A DNA stretch of 64,000 nt. Source: a candidate division WWE3 bacterium RAAC2_WWE3_1. GTDB lineage: Bacteria > Patescibacteriota > WWE3 > UBA101185 > UBA10185. The stretch is from positions 721,680 to 785,679 of the forward strand of contig CP006914.1 of NCBI GenBank assembly GCA_000503835.1, written 5' to 3'. Positions 20,435 through 29,211 of the stretch are shown in pieces. The position numbers and the translations under genes are program-made. The notes below the pieces were generated by a model. That model was not told the origin of the DNA and did no database searches. It was given only the letters and a program-made list of their open reading frames with translations. Numbering within the stretch: position 1 is the first letter of the stretch; every line of letters begins with the position of its first letter.

Positions 20435-20673
20435 AGTGTGGGTGGGGACTTACCGACACGCTTCTTTATGAAACTTGCCGTTGTTTCTCTTAGTTCCTAA
20501 ACTTTACCGCCTTGTGCCGCGAGGATAAGTGCATTCTTCACCGTCTCTGTAGGAGTGTCTGTTAGTTTATTGATAATGCAAATAGGCACTCTTGTAAGAT
20601 AGGAAATTACATTCCAGTATTGTGCGGTCGTTTCCGGTGAGACTTTTATTTAAAGTTGATAAAGAATCGTCCG

Positions 20674-20735
20674 GAGAAAAAGAAAACCGCCTTGGGGAGT
20701 TGTGAAAATCGCTTATTCACAGTCCCTTACGACGG
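20674..20735 (-). terminator. conserved about 60-nt hairpin element, copy A (terminator-like: CCGYC..GGCGG stem plus T-run on minus strand)
   Basis: About 85% identical to 23365..23424. Inner inverted repeat GTGAA-N9-TTCAC. Lies directly 3' of minus-strand gene 20772..21014. Confidence 0.4.
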
Positions 20736-20771
20736 TTTGTTGTATTACGTATTTGAAGGCGGAGACTGCAA

Positions 20772-21014
20772 TCAATATCTCGGCGGTTCCGGTAGATCCA
20801 ATGCTGTTGCAACTGCTCTAAATGCCATGTAAAGACTATCAAGCATTTGGTCCCCGGTACTTTTAACAGCTTCTTTGGGAATCTCGCTTTTGTAGAATTT
20901 TATTATTTTGCCCTTGGAATCTGTCAACAACGCTACCCCCTCCGCAATGATTATTCCCCAAATTCCCCACCGGCTTTGGATCAAGTCCCCTACTAAGAAC
21001 TTTTCTTCTGACAT
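20772..21014 (-). CDS. hypothetical small protein
   Basis: 80-aa ORF followed by a terminator-like hairpin. Confidence 0.35.
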   Translation of the reverse strand: MSEEKFLVGDLIQSRWGIWGIIIAEGVALLTDSKGKIIKFYKSEIPKEAVKSTGDQMLDSLYMAFRAVATALDLPEPPRY

Positions 21015-21199
21015 GTCACTCTCCTTTTTTGTTATGTAGAAAGTTTAGCTTGGTAGTCGGCATTCTAAGCTATCAAAGTTACCTTGTAAAGTGTGGCTTA
21101 GTGGCCCTCGTATATTATTTATTAGAGACAGGGTATCAGCATAATTCCAGGAAAAAAATTGAACCCCGCACGATTGTGATCGTTTAGGGTTCTGTTTGT

Positions 21200-21502
21200 T
21201 TATCCGACGAATCTTGTGTCTCCTTTGGACGGGATTTCCCACACTTTTTGTTCGTTGTGTACCATCTCTACTACGGAGACACGATAGCCCTTCTTTCCTA
21301 CAAATTCTTCTCCGAATTCCTTCTCCAATAGTTTCCGTACGGGGTCGTTGATTCGTGAAAGCGATCCCATCACAGTTAGAAATGCTTCGCTAGCTGTACC
21401 CGCCTCGATTATACTATTTGATTTCTCGAGAAAACGAATTTCCGGCTCGTGGTCACGCGTAGCGAAATGAGGTTGAAAGACCTTAACATTGAACAGCATC
21501 AT
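21200..21502 (-). CDS. hypothetical protein
   Basis: 100-aa ORF with no recognizable motifs. Confidence 0.3.
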   Translation of the reverse strand: MMLFNVKVFQPHFATRDHEPEIRFLEKSNSIIEAGTASEAFLTVMGSLSRINDPVRKLLEKEFGEEFVGKKGYRVSVVEMVHNEQKVWEIPSKGDTRFVG

Positions 21503-21803
21503 TTTTTCTCCTTTTCTATCTTGATAGCACGGGAATTTTATTACCCGATACCCCTCAAGTCAAGTACTACAGGATACTGGCTCTACACGACAGAGGGTGT
21601 TAGGTGGTATTTGTGTAAGCTTAGCTCTTTGCCAGTTCTTTTTTAATATCTTTTACAAAGTCGGATTTTAACAATTCCACCCAAGGTAAAAACAAGTACC
21701 AAGGTATTTGAAAAACTTTAAATTAATAGCAGAACTTAGCCAGGAGATTGGTAAACTCAAGAACAATTACTTTGACTCCTGCGCCGATACAGCCAGCCAA
21801 TGT

Positions 21804-22724
21804 TTAAAAAGCCCTATTTACCAGATAAACGCCTATCGTAATTGCCAATATTGCAAACATTCTCTGCGCAAGTGTCTTTCTTGATATATCCTCTTTTGAT
21901 ATTCTTGGAAAAAGAATTGTAAGTATTATTCCAAACAAAAACACAAAAAAAGGCTGGAGACCATTGATTATCCATATCAGTGTCACCGGAGCAAGTATGG
22001 ACGCATAATTGAAGGAAATTTTAGCAACTATATTTACAATTTCGTTTGTAATATTTACTCCCAGAACTTGAGTTTTATTTGTTTTTAATACACTAATAAA
22101 TCCATCTCTGTAGCTTTTGATAAAGATGAGTAAAAATAATCCGAATAATCCAAATCCAATATATTCCCAGAAACTTGTTATAAAGAAGTCTGTTTCCACT
22201 GCAAAATATTTAAAGAATATAAAATTAAGAGAATACAGAAGACTTGATAGTACCATCAAGAGGAATACATCCCACTTCATATGAATTTTTTTAATATCCG
22301 CTAGGTTGAGCGAAATGAAAACGGAAGATACAAGAATTATTATCCCTCCAAGGATTTGATTGATATCCAAAACCTCTCCTAGAAAGATATAACCAAGAAT
22401 AAAGGAGAAAACAGGAATCATTTGGAACAGTGGAACCGTTAGCGATGCGTCATCTTTATCAAGAGCGTAGAAGTAGGGTAAGGTTGCCAATAGATAAAAA
22501 GACCCGTTTACAACAATTAACAAGTAGCTAAGGTTGAATTGTTGAAGGACTACCGGGTGAATTATTGCTATTACCGGAAGGAGGAGTACGGAAACACTGG
22601 CTGAGAATATCATAACCGAACCAACAGCACCCTTGTTAAAGAACTTAGTTAGGAGATATTTATCTATATGGTTTGTAACGCTCCAAAGTATTGGGGGTAA
22701 GAGTGCCATTAAAAACCAATCCAT
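21804..22724 (-). CDS. EamA/DMT-family transporter
   Basis: 306 aa, 10 TM helices in two 5-TM halves. The HIDKYLLTKFF region is typical of EamA. Confidence 0.6.
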   Translation of the reverse strand: MDWFLMALLPPILWSVTNHIDKYLLTKFFNKGAVGSVMIFSASVSVLLLPVIAIIHPVVLQQFNLSYLLIVVNGSFYLLATLPYFYALDKDDASLTVPLFQMIPVFSFILGYIFLGEVLDINQILGGIIILVSSVFISLNLADIKKIHMKWDVFLLMVLSSLLYSLNFIFFKYFAVETDFFITSFWEYIGFGLFGLFLLIFIKSYRDGFISVLKTNKTQVLGVNITNEIVNIVAKISFNYASILAPVTLIWIINGLQPFFVFLFGIILTILFPRISKEDISRKTLAQRMFAILAITIGVYLVNRAF

Positions 22725-22790
22725 ACGGAGATTATATCAGGGTTCGATTGTTATCCGGTGGGTTTTTTTGTTATGTTAAGTAAGATTTGT
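22725..22790 (-). promoter_or_regulatory. repeated promoter module, copy 1 (TGATATAATCTCCGT immediately 5' of the ATG; leaderless-type)
   Basis: Shares AGATTATATCA..GTTATC..TTAAGTAAGATTTG with 23273..23320. A TATAAT -10 lies 8-9 nt from the start codon. Confidence 0.35.
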
Positions 22791-22894
22791 CTCCCCCTCG
22801 CCGACCGTAACCTTAACATAACTAAGTATTTTATGCGAACCATTAAGATATTTGAGGATTTTAAGCTAGTACAAGGATTGAGGGAAGAAATAAA

Positions 22895-23272
22895 TTATTT
22901 CAAATTTCCATCAGAAAAATAATGCGATTCATCCTGAAACCTATTTGGCCAGAAGTCCAACTGTTCTCCTGGAATATTTAGTCTTTTACCAAAATCAATT
23001 ATCGGTTTCCAAGAGTTAGCATGAGGTTTTACATCAAAAACCTTGTTTTTAAAAAGTACAATTAGCCTCTCATCATTATAAAGGTGGGCATACCACGTCC
23101 CCTCGCTCTTCATATTTTTTTGAATCTTATTAATCACTTCCTGTAACTGAGAATCGTCAATTTCAATTCCATAGATACGCCACGACCCGTCTTGTTTTTT
23201 AGCGAATATTTTAAAAGAGTTTATAAATTCCTGGTCAATAAATTCCTGGTCAATAATAATTCCATGGTACAT
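22895..23272 (-). CDS. hypothetical protein
   Basis: 125 aa. Contains an internal 15-nt tandem duplication (IDQEF IDQEF). Confidence 0.4.
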   Translation of the reverse strand: MYHGIIIDQEFIDQEFINSFKIFAKKQDGSWRIYGIEIDDSQLQEVINKIQKNMKSEGTWYAHLYNDERLIVLFKNKVFDVKPHANSWKPIIDFGKRLNIPGEQLDFWPNRFQDESHYFSDGNLK

Positions 23273-23320
23273 ACGAAGATTATATCATCAGTTATCTTAA
23301 GTAAGATTTGGCTCACCATA
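23273..23320 (-). promoter_or_regulatory. repeated promoter module, copy 2 (TGATATAATCTTCGT immediately 5' of the ATG)
   Basis: Near-identical core to copy 1 at 22725..22790. Confidence 0.35.
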
Positions 23321-23364
23321 CACAACTATATCCGAGTATTATGAAAATGCTGGTGGGCTGTTAA

Positions 23365-23424
23365 GAGAAAAAATACCGCCTTGGGGAACTGTGAAAATTG
23401 CTTATTCACGTTTCCTTACGGCGG
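23365..23424 (-). terminator. conserved about 60-nt hairpin element, copy B (terminator-like)
   Basis: On the minus strand CCGCC..(GTGAATAAGCAATTTTCAC)..GGCGG followed by TATTTTTTCTC. Directly 3' of gene 23453..23743. Confidence 0.4.
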
Positions 23425-23452
23425 AGTGAGCTTAAATTTTATTTAAAGCATT

Positions 23453-23743
23453 TTATGGGAACAAGGCAAGGATAAGAGTTCCAAATAGGTGAAATGCGGC
23501 CAGCGCTGCAAACGAAAGAAACACAAGACCTGCTGCCACATACCCCCGTCCTGTGTGTTTGAGGAAAATTACCCCAATAATCACAGCGCAGGAACCATAG
23601 ATCGTGCTCAGCACAATTTCAAGCGGTTTAGATACAGCATATAGACCGATGTAGCCCAAAAAATCATAGATTACAGCAAGGTAAAATATTACCGCTACGG
23701 TGACTAATAGCCACATCAGATTTTTTTGTGCCTTAATAAACAT
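23453..23743 (-). CDS. small membrane protein (3 TM), hypothetical
   Basis: 96-aa hydrophobic ORF. Confidence 0.4.
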   Translation of the reverse strand: MFIKAQKNLMWLLVTVAVIFYLAVIYDFLGYIGLYAVSKPLEIVLSTIYGSCAVIIGVIFLKHTGRGYVAAGLVFLSFAALAAFHLFGTLILALFP

Positions 23744-24050
23744 GATTTTCTCTCCTTTTATCTATACAGTCCGCAAAGAATTTGTGCGGTTTATGAACGA
23801 TTTGTAGAGATTATAGCTTAGAATGGGTGAATAGTCAACCTATAGTGTAGATATTGGCTCGCTAGTTGGGGCGCTTTTCGTACTATGGAAATAGAGAGTT
23901 TTGTTTATGAAGAGGCTTTAGAAGTTTTGAGTTAGTAATTACCCCACACCTTCACACACTTTACTTTTTGATAAAAAAAGAGCCCTCTATTTTCATAGTG
24001 AGCTCTGTTTGCCGTAATGGCGATAAATATTTCTTTTGACGTTCTTGTCT

Positions 24051-24251
24051 CTATTCGGCTACAACGAGTTCGTATTCGCCGCAATCGCAGTGAGCAGTTC
24101 TGGAACCGAGGTTTCCCGATGTTTCGCGAGACAGGTGCACATGGCTACCATGACAATATGGGCAATCGCCCACGATGATGCAAAAACCGCCAACCTTCAA
24201 TTTCATCCCAACTCTTGCTTTTGCTGTAGGGAGATTTTTTTCTTCTGGCAT
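24051..24251 (-). CDS. small Cys/His-rich protein, hypothetical
   Basis: 66 aa with GDCPYCHGSHVH and HCDCGEYE motifs. Sits in a locally GC-rich (about 50%) segment. Confidence 0.3.
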   Translation of the reverse strand: MPEEKNLPTAKARVGMKLKVGGFCIIVGDCPYCHGSHVHLSRETSGNLGSRTAHCDCGEYELVVAE

Positions 24252-24260
24252 TTCTTCCTC

Positions 24261-24656
24261 CTAGCTCACAACGTAGTAGTAGGGCATGCCGCCTGGAAGT
24301 GCTGACCACATTTCGCGCGGAAGACAGGGTTTGACCTTGCCAATGGCGATGCCAAGCTGGAACAGTTGCTCCATAGTTTGGTGCATTCCCGTCCATTGGT
24401 TACCGTTTCGGTCGAAGCAAGCGTTCAGGAAAGACATACCTCCACCACCAGAAACCTTGAAATCATCAGGCAGTCCGGCGAGCATTGCTTCGATGTCTTT
24501 GCGGTGACTCTCGAGTCGCTGTGGGTTGAATCCGACCGTGCATGTAATGCCTTCGGCATTGACATGGTTCGTTGTGTCTTCGCCGTCCTTGAACATGCAG
24601 TCGTTAAAGACCGCGACGACCTTCTCTGCTGTTAAAGCATTCTGGTCCATTTTCAC
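24261..24656 (-). CDS. hypothetical protein (GC-rich foreign-looking segment)
   Basis: 131-aa ORF with GGAGAGG RBS. Local GC is clearly above the window average. Confidence 0.4.
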   Translation of the reverse strand: MKMDQNALTAEKVVAVFNDCMFKDGEDTTNHVNAEGITCTVGFNPQRLESHRKDIEAMLAGLPDDFKVSGGGGMSFLNACFDRNGNQWTGMHQTMEQLFQLGIAIGKVKPCLPREMWSALPGGMPYYYVVS

Positions 24657-24792
24657 CTCTCTCCTTTGTTATTGGTGGATATTGATAGCGGTATTATAAG
24701 GTAAAATCGTGGTTTAATCAACCTGTAGTGTATGATACATGTTCTGAAACATAGACACGGTCTTTGTAGAAAGAGATGTAATAGGCTAATAG

Positions 24793-25275
24793 TTTCAGGA
24801 GTTTACAGGTGAAAGAAACGAGCTTATAGACCAAAGGAAGAGGCTAAACACAAAGGACAGTAGCTTTTATGAGAAAACTGCAACACTTTACGACGTTGCC
24901 CAAGAGGGTATAGCGATTTATGAAGGTTCAAAAGAATTTGGAAAGCGCAGACTTATAAAGCTTATGTTCACAGATATGGTTCTAAATAGTGGGAACCTAC
25001 CTTTTGCCTATACAAAGCCTTATAAGACATTAAGAAAAGCTGTAGAAGAAACTAACGGTTCGAAAATAGCTGAAAATCCTACCTTTATGAAAAATATTTT
25101 CGAACTCAAGGATTTCAGCGAAGTGAAAGCAAAAATGGAGCTTTTGGGCGTCGATTGTTCTAATTGGCTCCGAGCTGTGCAGGAACTTAGAACCGTTATT
25201 TTAAGCGGTCGGCACTCCTACGAAATGGAGGCGGCTGTCAAAAAGCTCCGAGGAGAAGAACCGTTCGATGAGTAA
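24793..25275 (+). pseudogene. 5'-truncated gene fragment, copy 1 of a duplicated unknown gene (island boundary repeat)
   Basis: Open frame from stop 24790..24792 with no start until an internal Met at 24964. About 75% nt identity to 34726..35148. Translation ...ERNELIDQRKRLNTKD..FTDMVLNSGNLPFAYTKPYKTLRKAVEETNGSK... Confidence 0.5.
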
Positions 25276-25427
25276 ACGATGAGGTGGATGGAGAGGGTTA
25301 AGCCTGTAGCCAGTTCACGCTAAAAGGCGAAATTTTAGTGAATTGAATACTGTTTATTGTTCTTATTCACTAAACTTCAAAAGTGAACTGGAAAGGACCT
25401 TCAACGCCCTTTCCAGTTAAAAAGAGG

Positions 25428-28307
25428 TTATTCTGGAAAGCTGTACTTTTGTTCTCGTTTTTGGAATGCCTCTTGACCTCCCTCGAGAATTTCACAGACA
25501 TGCTGCCGAATCCCTTTGCGATATAAAATCGCTGGCTCTTCTGTAGCCTCTAACTCAAAGGTATTTTCAAGCGCACCAGAAACGTACTCAAAGCGAAACT
25601 TCTTATTTTCTCTCCCCACCTCCTGTCCGGACTGATTCGCAACAACTGTTTCTTCCGCGTCCGCACCGACAACAAGATTCGGGTTATGAGTGACAATGAC
25701 AATTTGCCTCTGCAATTTTTTCTTTTTCAAGAAATCAACCAAGTCATCATATACAGATCGATTATCAAGATCGTCCTCTGGCTGATCGAGAAGAATAGGC
25801 CACTCTTCGTCACTTAAATTAATAAGCAGCTGTAGAAGTACTAATCCCTTTTTGCCCGGTGACATTTTGTCGAGAGAGTCATTTTTATAGAAAATCCTGA
25901 AGTCGAGATAAAAATAGTTTTCCAAAAGCTTGGCAACAGCATCTTTTGGCTGTCGGTTCTTGACGGTGTTTATCGTCCCCTCGATAAGCCCCTCAAATAC
26001 TGTCGTCATATTGGCCAAATGTTTGGCCGGATCGTACTTGTAAACGAATTCATCACCCCACTCTGCCTCTACAATGACGCGCTTGAGGTCATTTTTATTT
26101 ATATATTCTTTAACCACGTCTGAGTTGAAGACATCGTCGTTAAAACTGACATGTACTCCAAGGGTGATTTCACCGAATTTACTTTCAAATTTCTTGAACT
26201 CATTCCGTAAGCCTTCATGCTTAGCAACTATCAATTTATATGAATCAATGACCCCGTCAGCCTTCTTTTTATAGGAGGCCTTCTTCGTCTTGAGATTATT
26301 TCTCTTGATGGCGATCTCATTTAATTTCTGTTGTTCTTTTTTAATAGCGTCGGTTTTTTCTTGAAGCTCCGATTGTAACTTAACTTTAGCTAGCAAAGGT
26401 GCTAACTCCGCTTTGATTTTGATTAGCTCCGCGTTGTAAGTCGTGATCTTTGTGTCGATAGCCGTAACCAAATTTGTGGTAGCAGATTTTACATTCGGAG
26501 CAAATGAATCCACTACTTTTAGTTCGATTTTAAACTTGGCTTTGATTTCAGCATCGTTGAGATATGCTTCATATTCGTCTGCCATTGTCCGCAAACCATC
26601 GACTTGGGATACCAAGCTGGTGTTGAGGTTTTTAATCGTCTTTTTATCTTCTTCGAGATTTGAAACTTGAGTAGTAATGTCCTTTTCTTTTGTTACCAAG
26701 TCCTCGTACTGCTTAAGTTGCTCTTCCGATAAGCCTGATTTTGCTTTGATATCATCGGCTTGTTTTTGGAGGGTTTGTATATAGCTCTCAATACCTTTTT
26801 CATCACCGGTCTGCTTCAGTTCTTCTTCGGTTTTCTTAATATCGTCCCGATCAGAAAATAGCTCACCAATCTCGGTTGGGATAGACTTAACCTTAACCTT
26901 TATTTCTTGCACGGTCTCCTCGTATTTTTCTCTGATAGTCGGTTCTTGAAGAATTACATTCAAAACAAACTCATTAAGTGCCTCACGGCTTTTAATGTTT
27001 GCTTCTGAAAGAGTGTTTAGATATTTCTGCGGTATATAAAGAATTTTTCGCTCCTTAGACTCATCTTCTGTGGCTCCATCCGGCACTCTTAGCAAAGTAC
27101 GCTGACCATCTTTCCACGTTACTTCAAAATTGAAATCAACTGATGCATCAAAGTCGTATTTTACCGGTACCCCACTATCAGCTGTCCGGTTCTTAACTTC
27201 TTCTCGGTCAATCGTTTTGGCCATGTAATAAAGCAATAGAGACTTGCCGGTTGATTTGCCTCCAATAATCGTAGTTAGATTTTGATTGATCTCAATTGAC
27301 TCACTGCCAAATTTTGCATCGCTGGTATTATCAAGAAAGCGGACTTTATCGATAACAAAATAAGATTTTTTCTCTTCGGGTTTTTGAGGGCCGACAAAGA
27401 TACGTTGCTCTGGTTCGTAAATAATCTGCTTCAATCCCTCAAATGTAGGGTCTGCTTTAATCCATAAGAAATTATCATCCTGATCGCATCGGCCAAGGTC
27501 TCTAAGTGACCTTGCGTCTGAACTAATATGGGCGCAAAACTTTGATGTAAGTGTTGCATTGGTCTTAATATATTCAGAAACAGCAACGGAAGATTGATTG
27601 TGCTGTGACTGTAAAAGATTTACTTTCTGATGATTGAAAATATCCGCGAGATGAGTTCTGTCTGTGCTTGTCCTTTCCTGAAATAACCCATTGCTACTAT
27701 TACAGTGAGGATAGATCACGATGCTGTTATTCTTTTTTGCCTCATTTAAGATATCCTTTATATCCGCAGTCGTTGTAGTAAGCACCCCATCTACATTCGT
27801 TCGATTGTTAATATTGAATTTCGTTAAAAAAGCATGAATCCCAGCCGAAAAAGTTTCTTTTCCATAAAGCTTCTCCCGGAAAAATAAAAGCATGTGAATG
27901 CCTTGGCAGTTGATTTCAACACCCGGTATCACTTTGCACCGAGATTGTTTTGCATATTCTATAAAAGAATCGAGCAAGCAATCATCAAAATAGTTATGAT
28001 CCGTAATGCCAATGCATTCAAGTTCGGGATTAAAGACGTCTAAAAATGCAAAATAACTTCTGACGTAATTAACACATCGATCATTCTTGGGAATGGCCGT
28101 ATCGTTAAAATAAGCCTTCGAGTCATACAGCAGAGCATTCTCTTCGCCACCAACTTTAGCAATGTATTGTTGCCAACCGGTAGGATTCGCTAGTTTTAGC
28201 TCTTCGGAATATTGACTAAGGGATATGTAGCCATCGTCCAATATGGTTTGCGTTTGCAAGTCCCATTTTCGCCATATTGAACCTTTTGTATATGGAAAGT
28301 TGCTCAT
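25428..28307 (-). CDS. PHP-like phosphoesterase domain fused to a Rad50/SbcC-like coiled-coil ABC ATPase (candidate defence nuclease/ATPase)
   Basis: N-terminal PHP-like motifs (KWDLQTQT, IGITDHNYF, VIPGVEI, IVIYPHC, HISSDAR) with His to Gln/Arg substitutions. Walker A IIGGKSTGKS, about 350-aa coiled-coil, signature-like MSPGKKGLVLLQLL, Walker B ILLDQPEDDLD, H-loop IVTHNP. Confidence 0.7.
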   Translation of the reverse strand: MSNFPYTKGSIWRKWDLQTQTILDDGYISLSQYSEELKLANPTGWQQYIAKVGGEENALLYDSKAYFNDTAIPKNDRCVNYVRSYFAFLDVFNPELECIGITDHNYFDDCLLDSFIEYAKQSRCKVIPGVEINCQGIHMLLFFREKLYGKETFSAGIHAFLTKFNINNRTNVDGVLTTTTADIKDILNEAKKNNSIVIYPHCNSSNGLFQERTSTDRTHLADIFNHQKVNLLQSQHNQSSVAVSEYIKTNATLTSKFCAHISSDARSLRDLGRCDQDDNFLWIKADPTFEGLKQIIYEPEQRIFVGPQKPEEKKSYFVIDKVRFLDNTSDAKFGSESIEINQNLTTIIGGKSTGKSLLLYYMAKTIDREEVKNRTADSGVPVKYDFDASVDFNFEVTWKDGQRTLLRVPDGATEDESKERKILYIPQKYLNTLSEANIKSREALNEFVLNVILQEPTIREKYEETVQEIKVKVKSIPTEIGELFSDRDDIKKTEEELKQTGDEKGIESYIQTLQKQADDIKAKSGLSEEQLKQYEDLVTKEKDITTQVSNLEEDKKTIKNLNTSLVSQVDGLRTMADEYEAYLNDAEIKAKFKIELKVVDSFAPNVKSATTNLVTAIDTKITTYNAELIKIKAELAPLLAKVKLQSELQEKTDAIKKEQQKLNEIAIKRNNLKTKKASYKKKADGVIDSYKLIVAKHEGLRNEFKKFESKFGEITLGVHVSFNDDVFNSDVVKEYINKNDLKRVIVEAEWGDEFVYKYDPAKHLANMTTVFEGLIEGTINTVKNRQPKDAVAKLLENYFYLDFRIFYKNDSLDKMSPGKKGLVLLQLLINLSDEEWPILLDQPEDDLDNRSVYDDLVDFLKKKKLQRQIVIVTHNPNLVVGADAEETVVANQSGQEVGRENKKFRFEYVSGALENTFELEATEEPAILYRKGIRQHVCEILEGGQEAFQKREQKYSFPE

Positions 28308-28311
28308 AAGC

Positions 28312-29184
28312 TTAATTCGATTTTTGGTTAAAATATATTACCTTATCTATTTTCTTAAAAAGAAAATTCAAGAATGACAACAGGTCCAGAGCCTCTTCTC
28401 GGTTAATAGGCCAATCAAGTGCTGGTTCATGGGCTTGGGGGTTACGAATAGCTCGCATTAGACCTACCGAAAGATGCATAACACCCTCTTGTTCATTCTT
28501 TTCAGTTCTTGTCTGTTGTGCATTCAGCTTAAGCGTACCGGTAAGCGCAAGAGCGTTTTCCATTAATCGCGATCCATACTCAGACATCTGAGATTTTTCT
28601 TGAATTTCTTTGTCATAAACCTTGCAACATTCAAAGACCGCATGAAAATAATTTCTCTCGGTAAATAGTTTTCGAGCATGCTGGGAAATTTTATTGTGAA
28701 ATTTACGGTCATCAAAAATTTTGGCGTTCTCCGGTATAGCCTTCGATAAAGATGTGATTTTCTCTCCGGACTTCCGTAGCTTCCCATCATCGCCAACCAG
28801 CAAACCGTAAAACCTTAAAATTTGATTCACTTGTTTACAAATAACCTCATGTTTTTCTGGAGCAGAAAAATACTCCTGTGGATCACAAAGTTGTTGAATC
28901 AGCGTCGCGATGTTAAATGTGCCGTAGGTCTGTTTCTGCATTGCTTCCAGAGCAGCATAAACGAACCGCCACTTCGTGCCGCCATCATGGGATATCTCTG
29001 GAAAGCCTGCTTTACGAAAAAGCTCGGATATTTCTGACCCGGTATAGTTGTCTCCGATTATTTTTGCCAGTGCTTCAAGGGCAGGCAACTTAAATGGTTC
29101 TAATTCCATATTCGCTACTTTAGTAATCCACAACCGAACCGCTTCCGTTTTCGTAAGATTTTCGGTATAATGGAAATATAGCAC
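28312..29184 (-). CDS. HEPN-domain protein of the Ymh/TIGR02391 type (Rx4HxE motif)
   Basis: C-terminal NYFHAVFECCKVYDKEIQ...EQEGVMHLSVGLMRAIRNPQAHEP...EALDLLSFLNFL matches the Hypoth_Ymh/TIGR02391 HEPN pattern. 4-bp gap to the downstream ATPase gene, so operonic. Confidence 0.6.
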   Translation of the reverse strand: MLYFHYTENLTKTEAVRLWITKVANMELEPFKLPALEALAKIIGDNYTGSEISELFRKAGFPEISHDGGTKWRFVYAALEAMQKQTYGTFNIATLIQQLCDPQEYFSAPEKHEVICKQVNQILRFYGLLVGDDGKLRKSGEKITSLSKAIPENAKIFDDRKFHNKISQHARKLFTERNYFHAVFECCKVYDKEIQEKSQMSEYGSRLMENALALTGTLKLNAQQTRTEKNEQEGVMHLSVGLMRAIRNPQAHEPALDWPINREEALDLLSFLNFLFKKIDKVIYFNQKSN

Positions 29185-29211
29185 TTTCGGCTTTAAACAT
29201 CAATCAAACTT

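Noticed and set aside
29185-29211. Searched the divergent 27-bp intergenic region for a canonical LexA box (CTGT-N8-ACAG or CGAAC-N4-GTTCG)
   Set aside because: No match was found. Only a weak GAAA-N8-TTTC dyad is present, so no operator is annotated.
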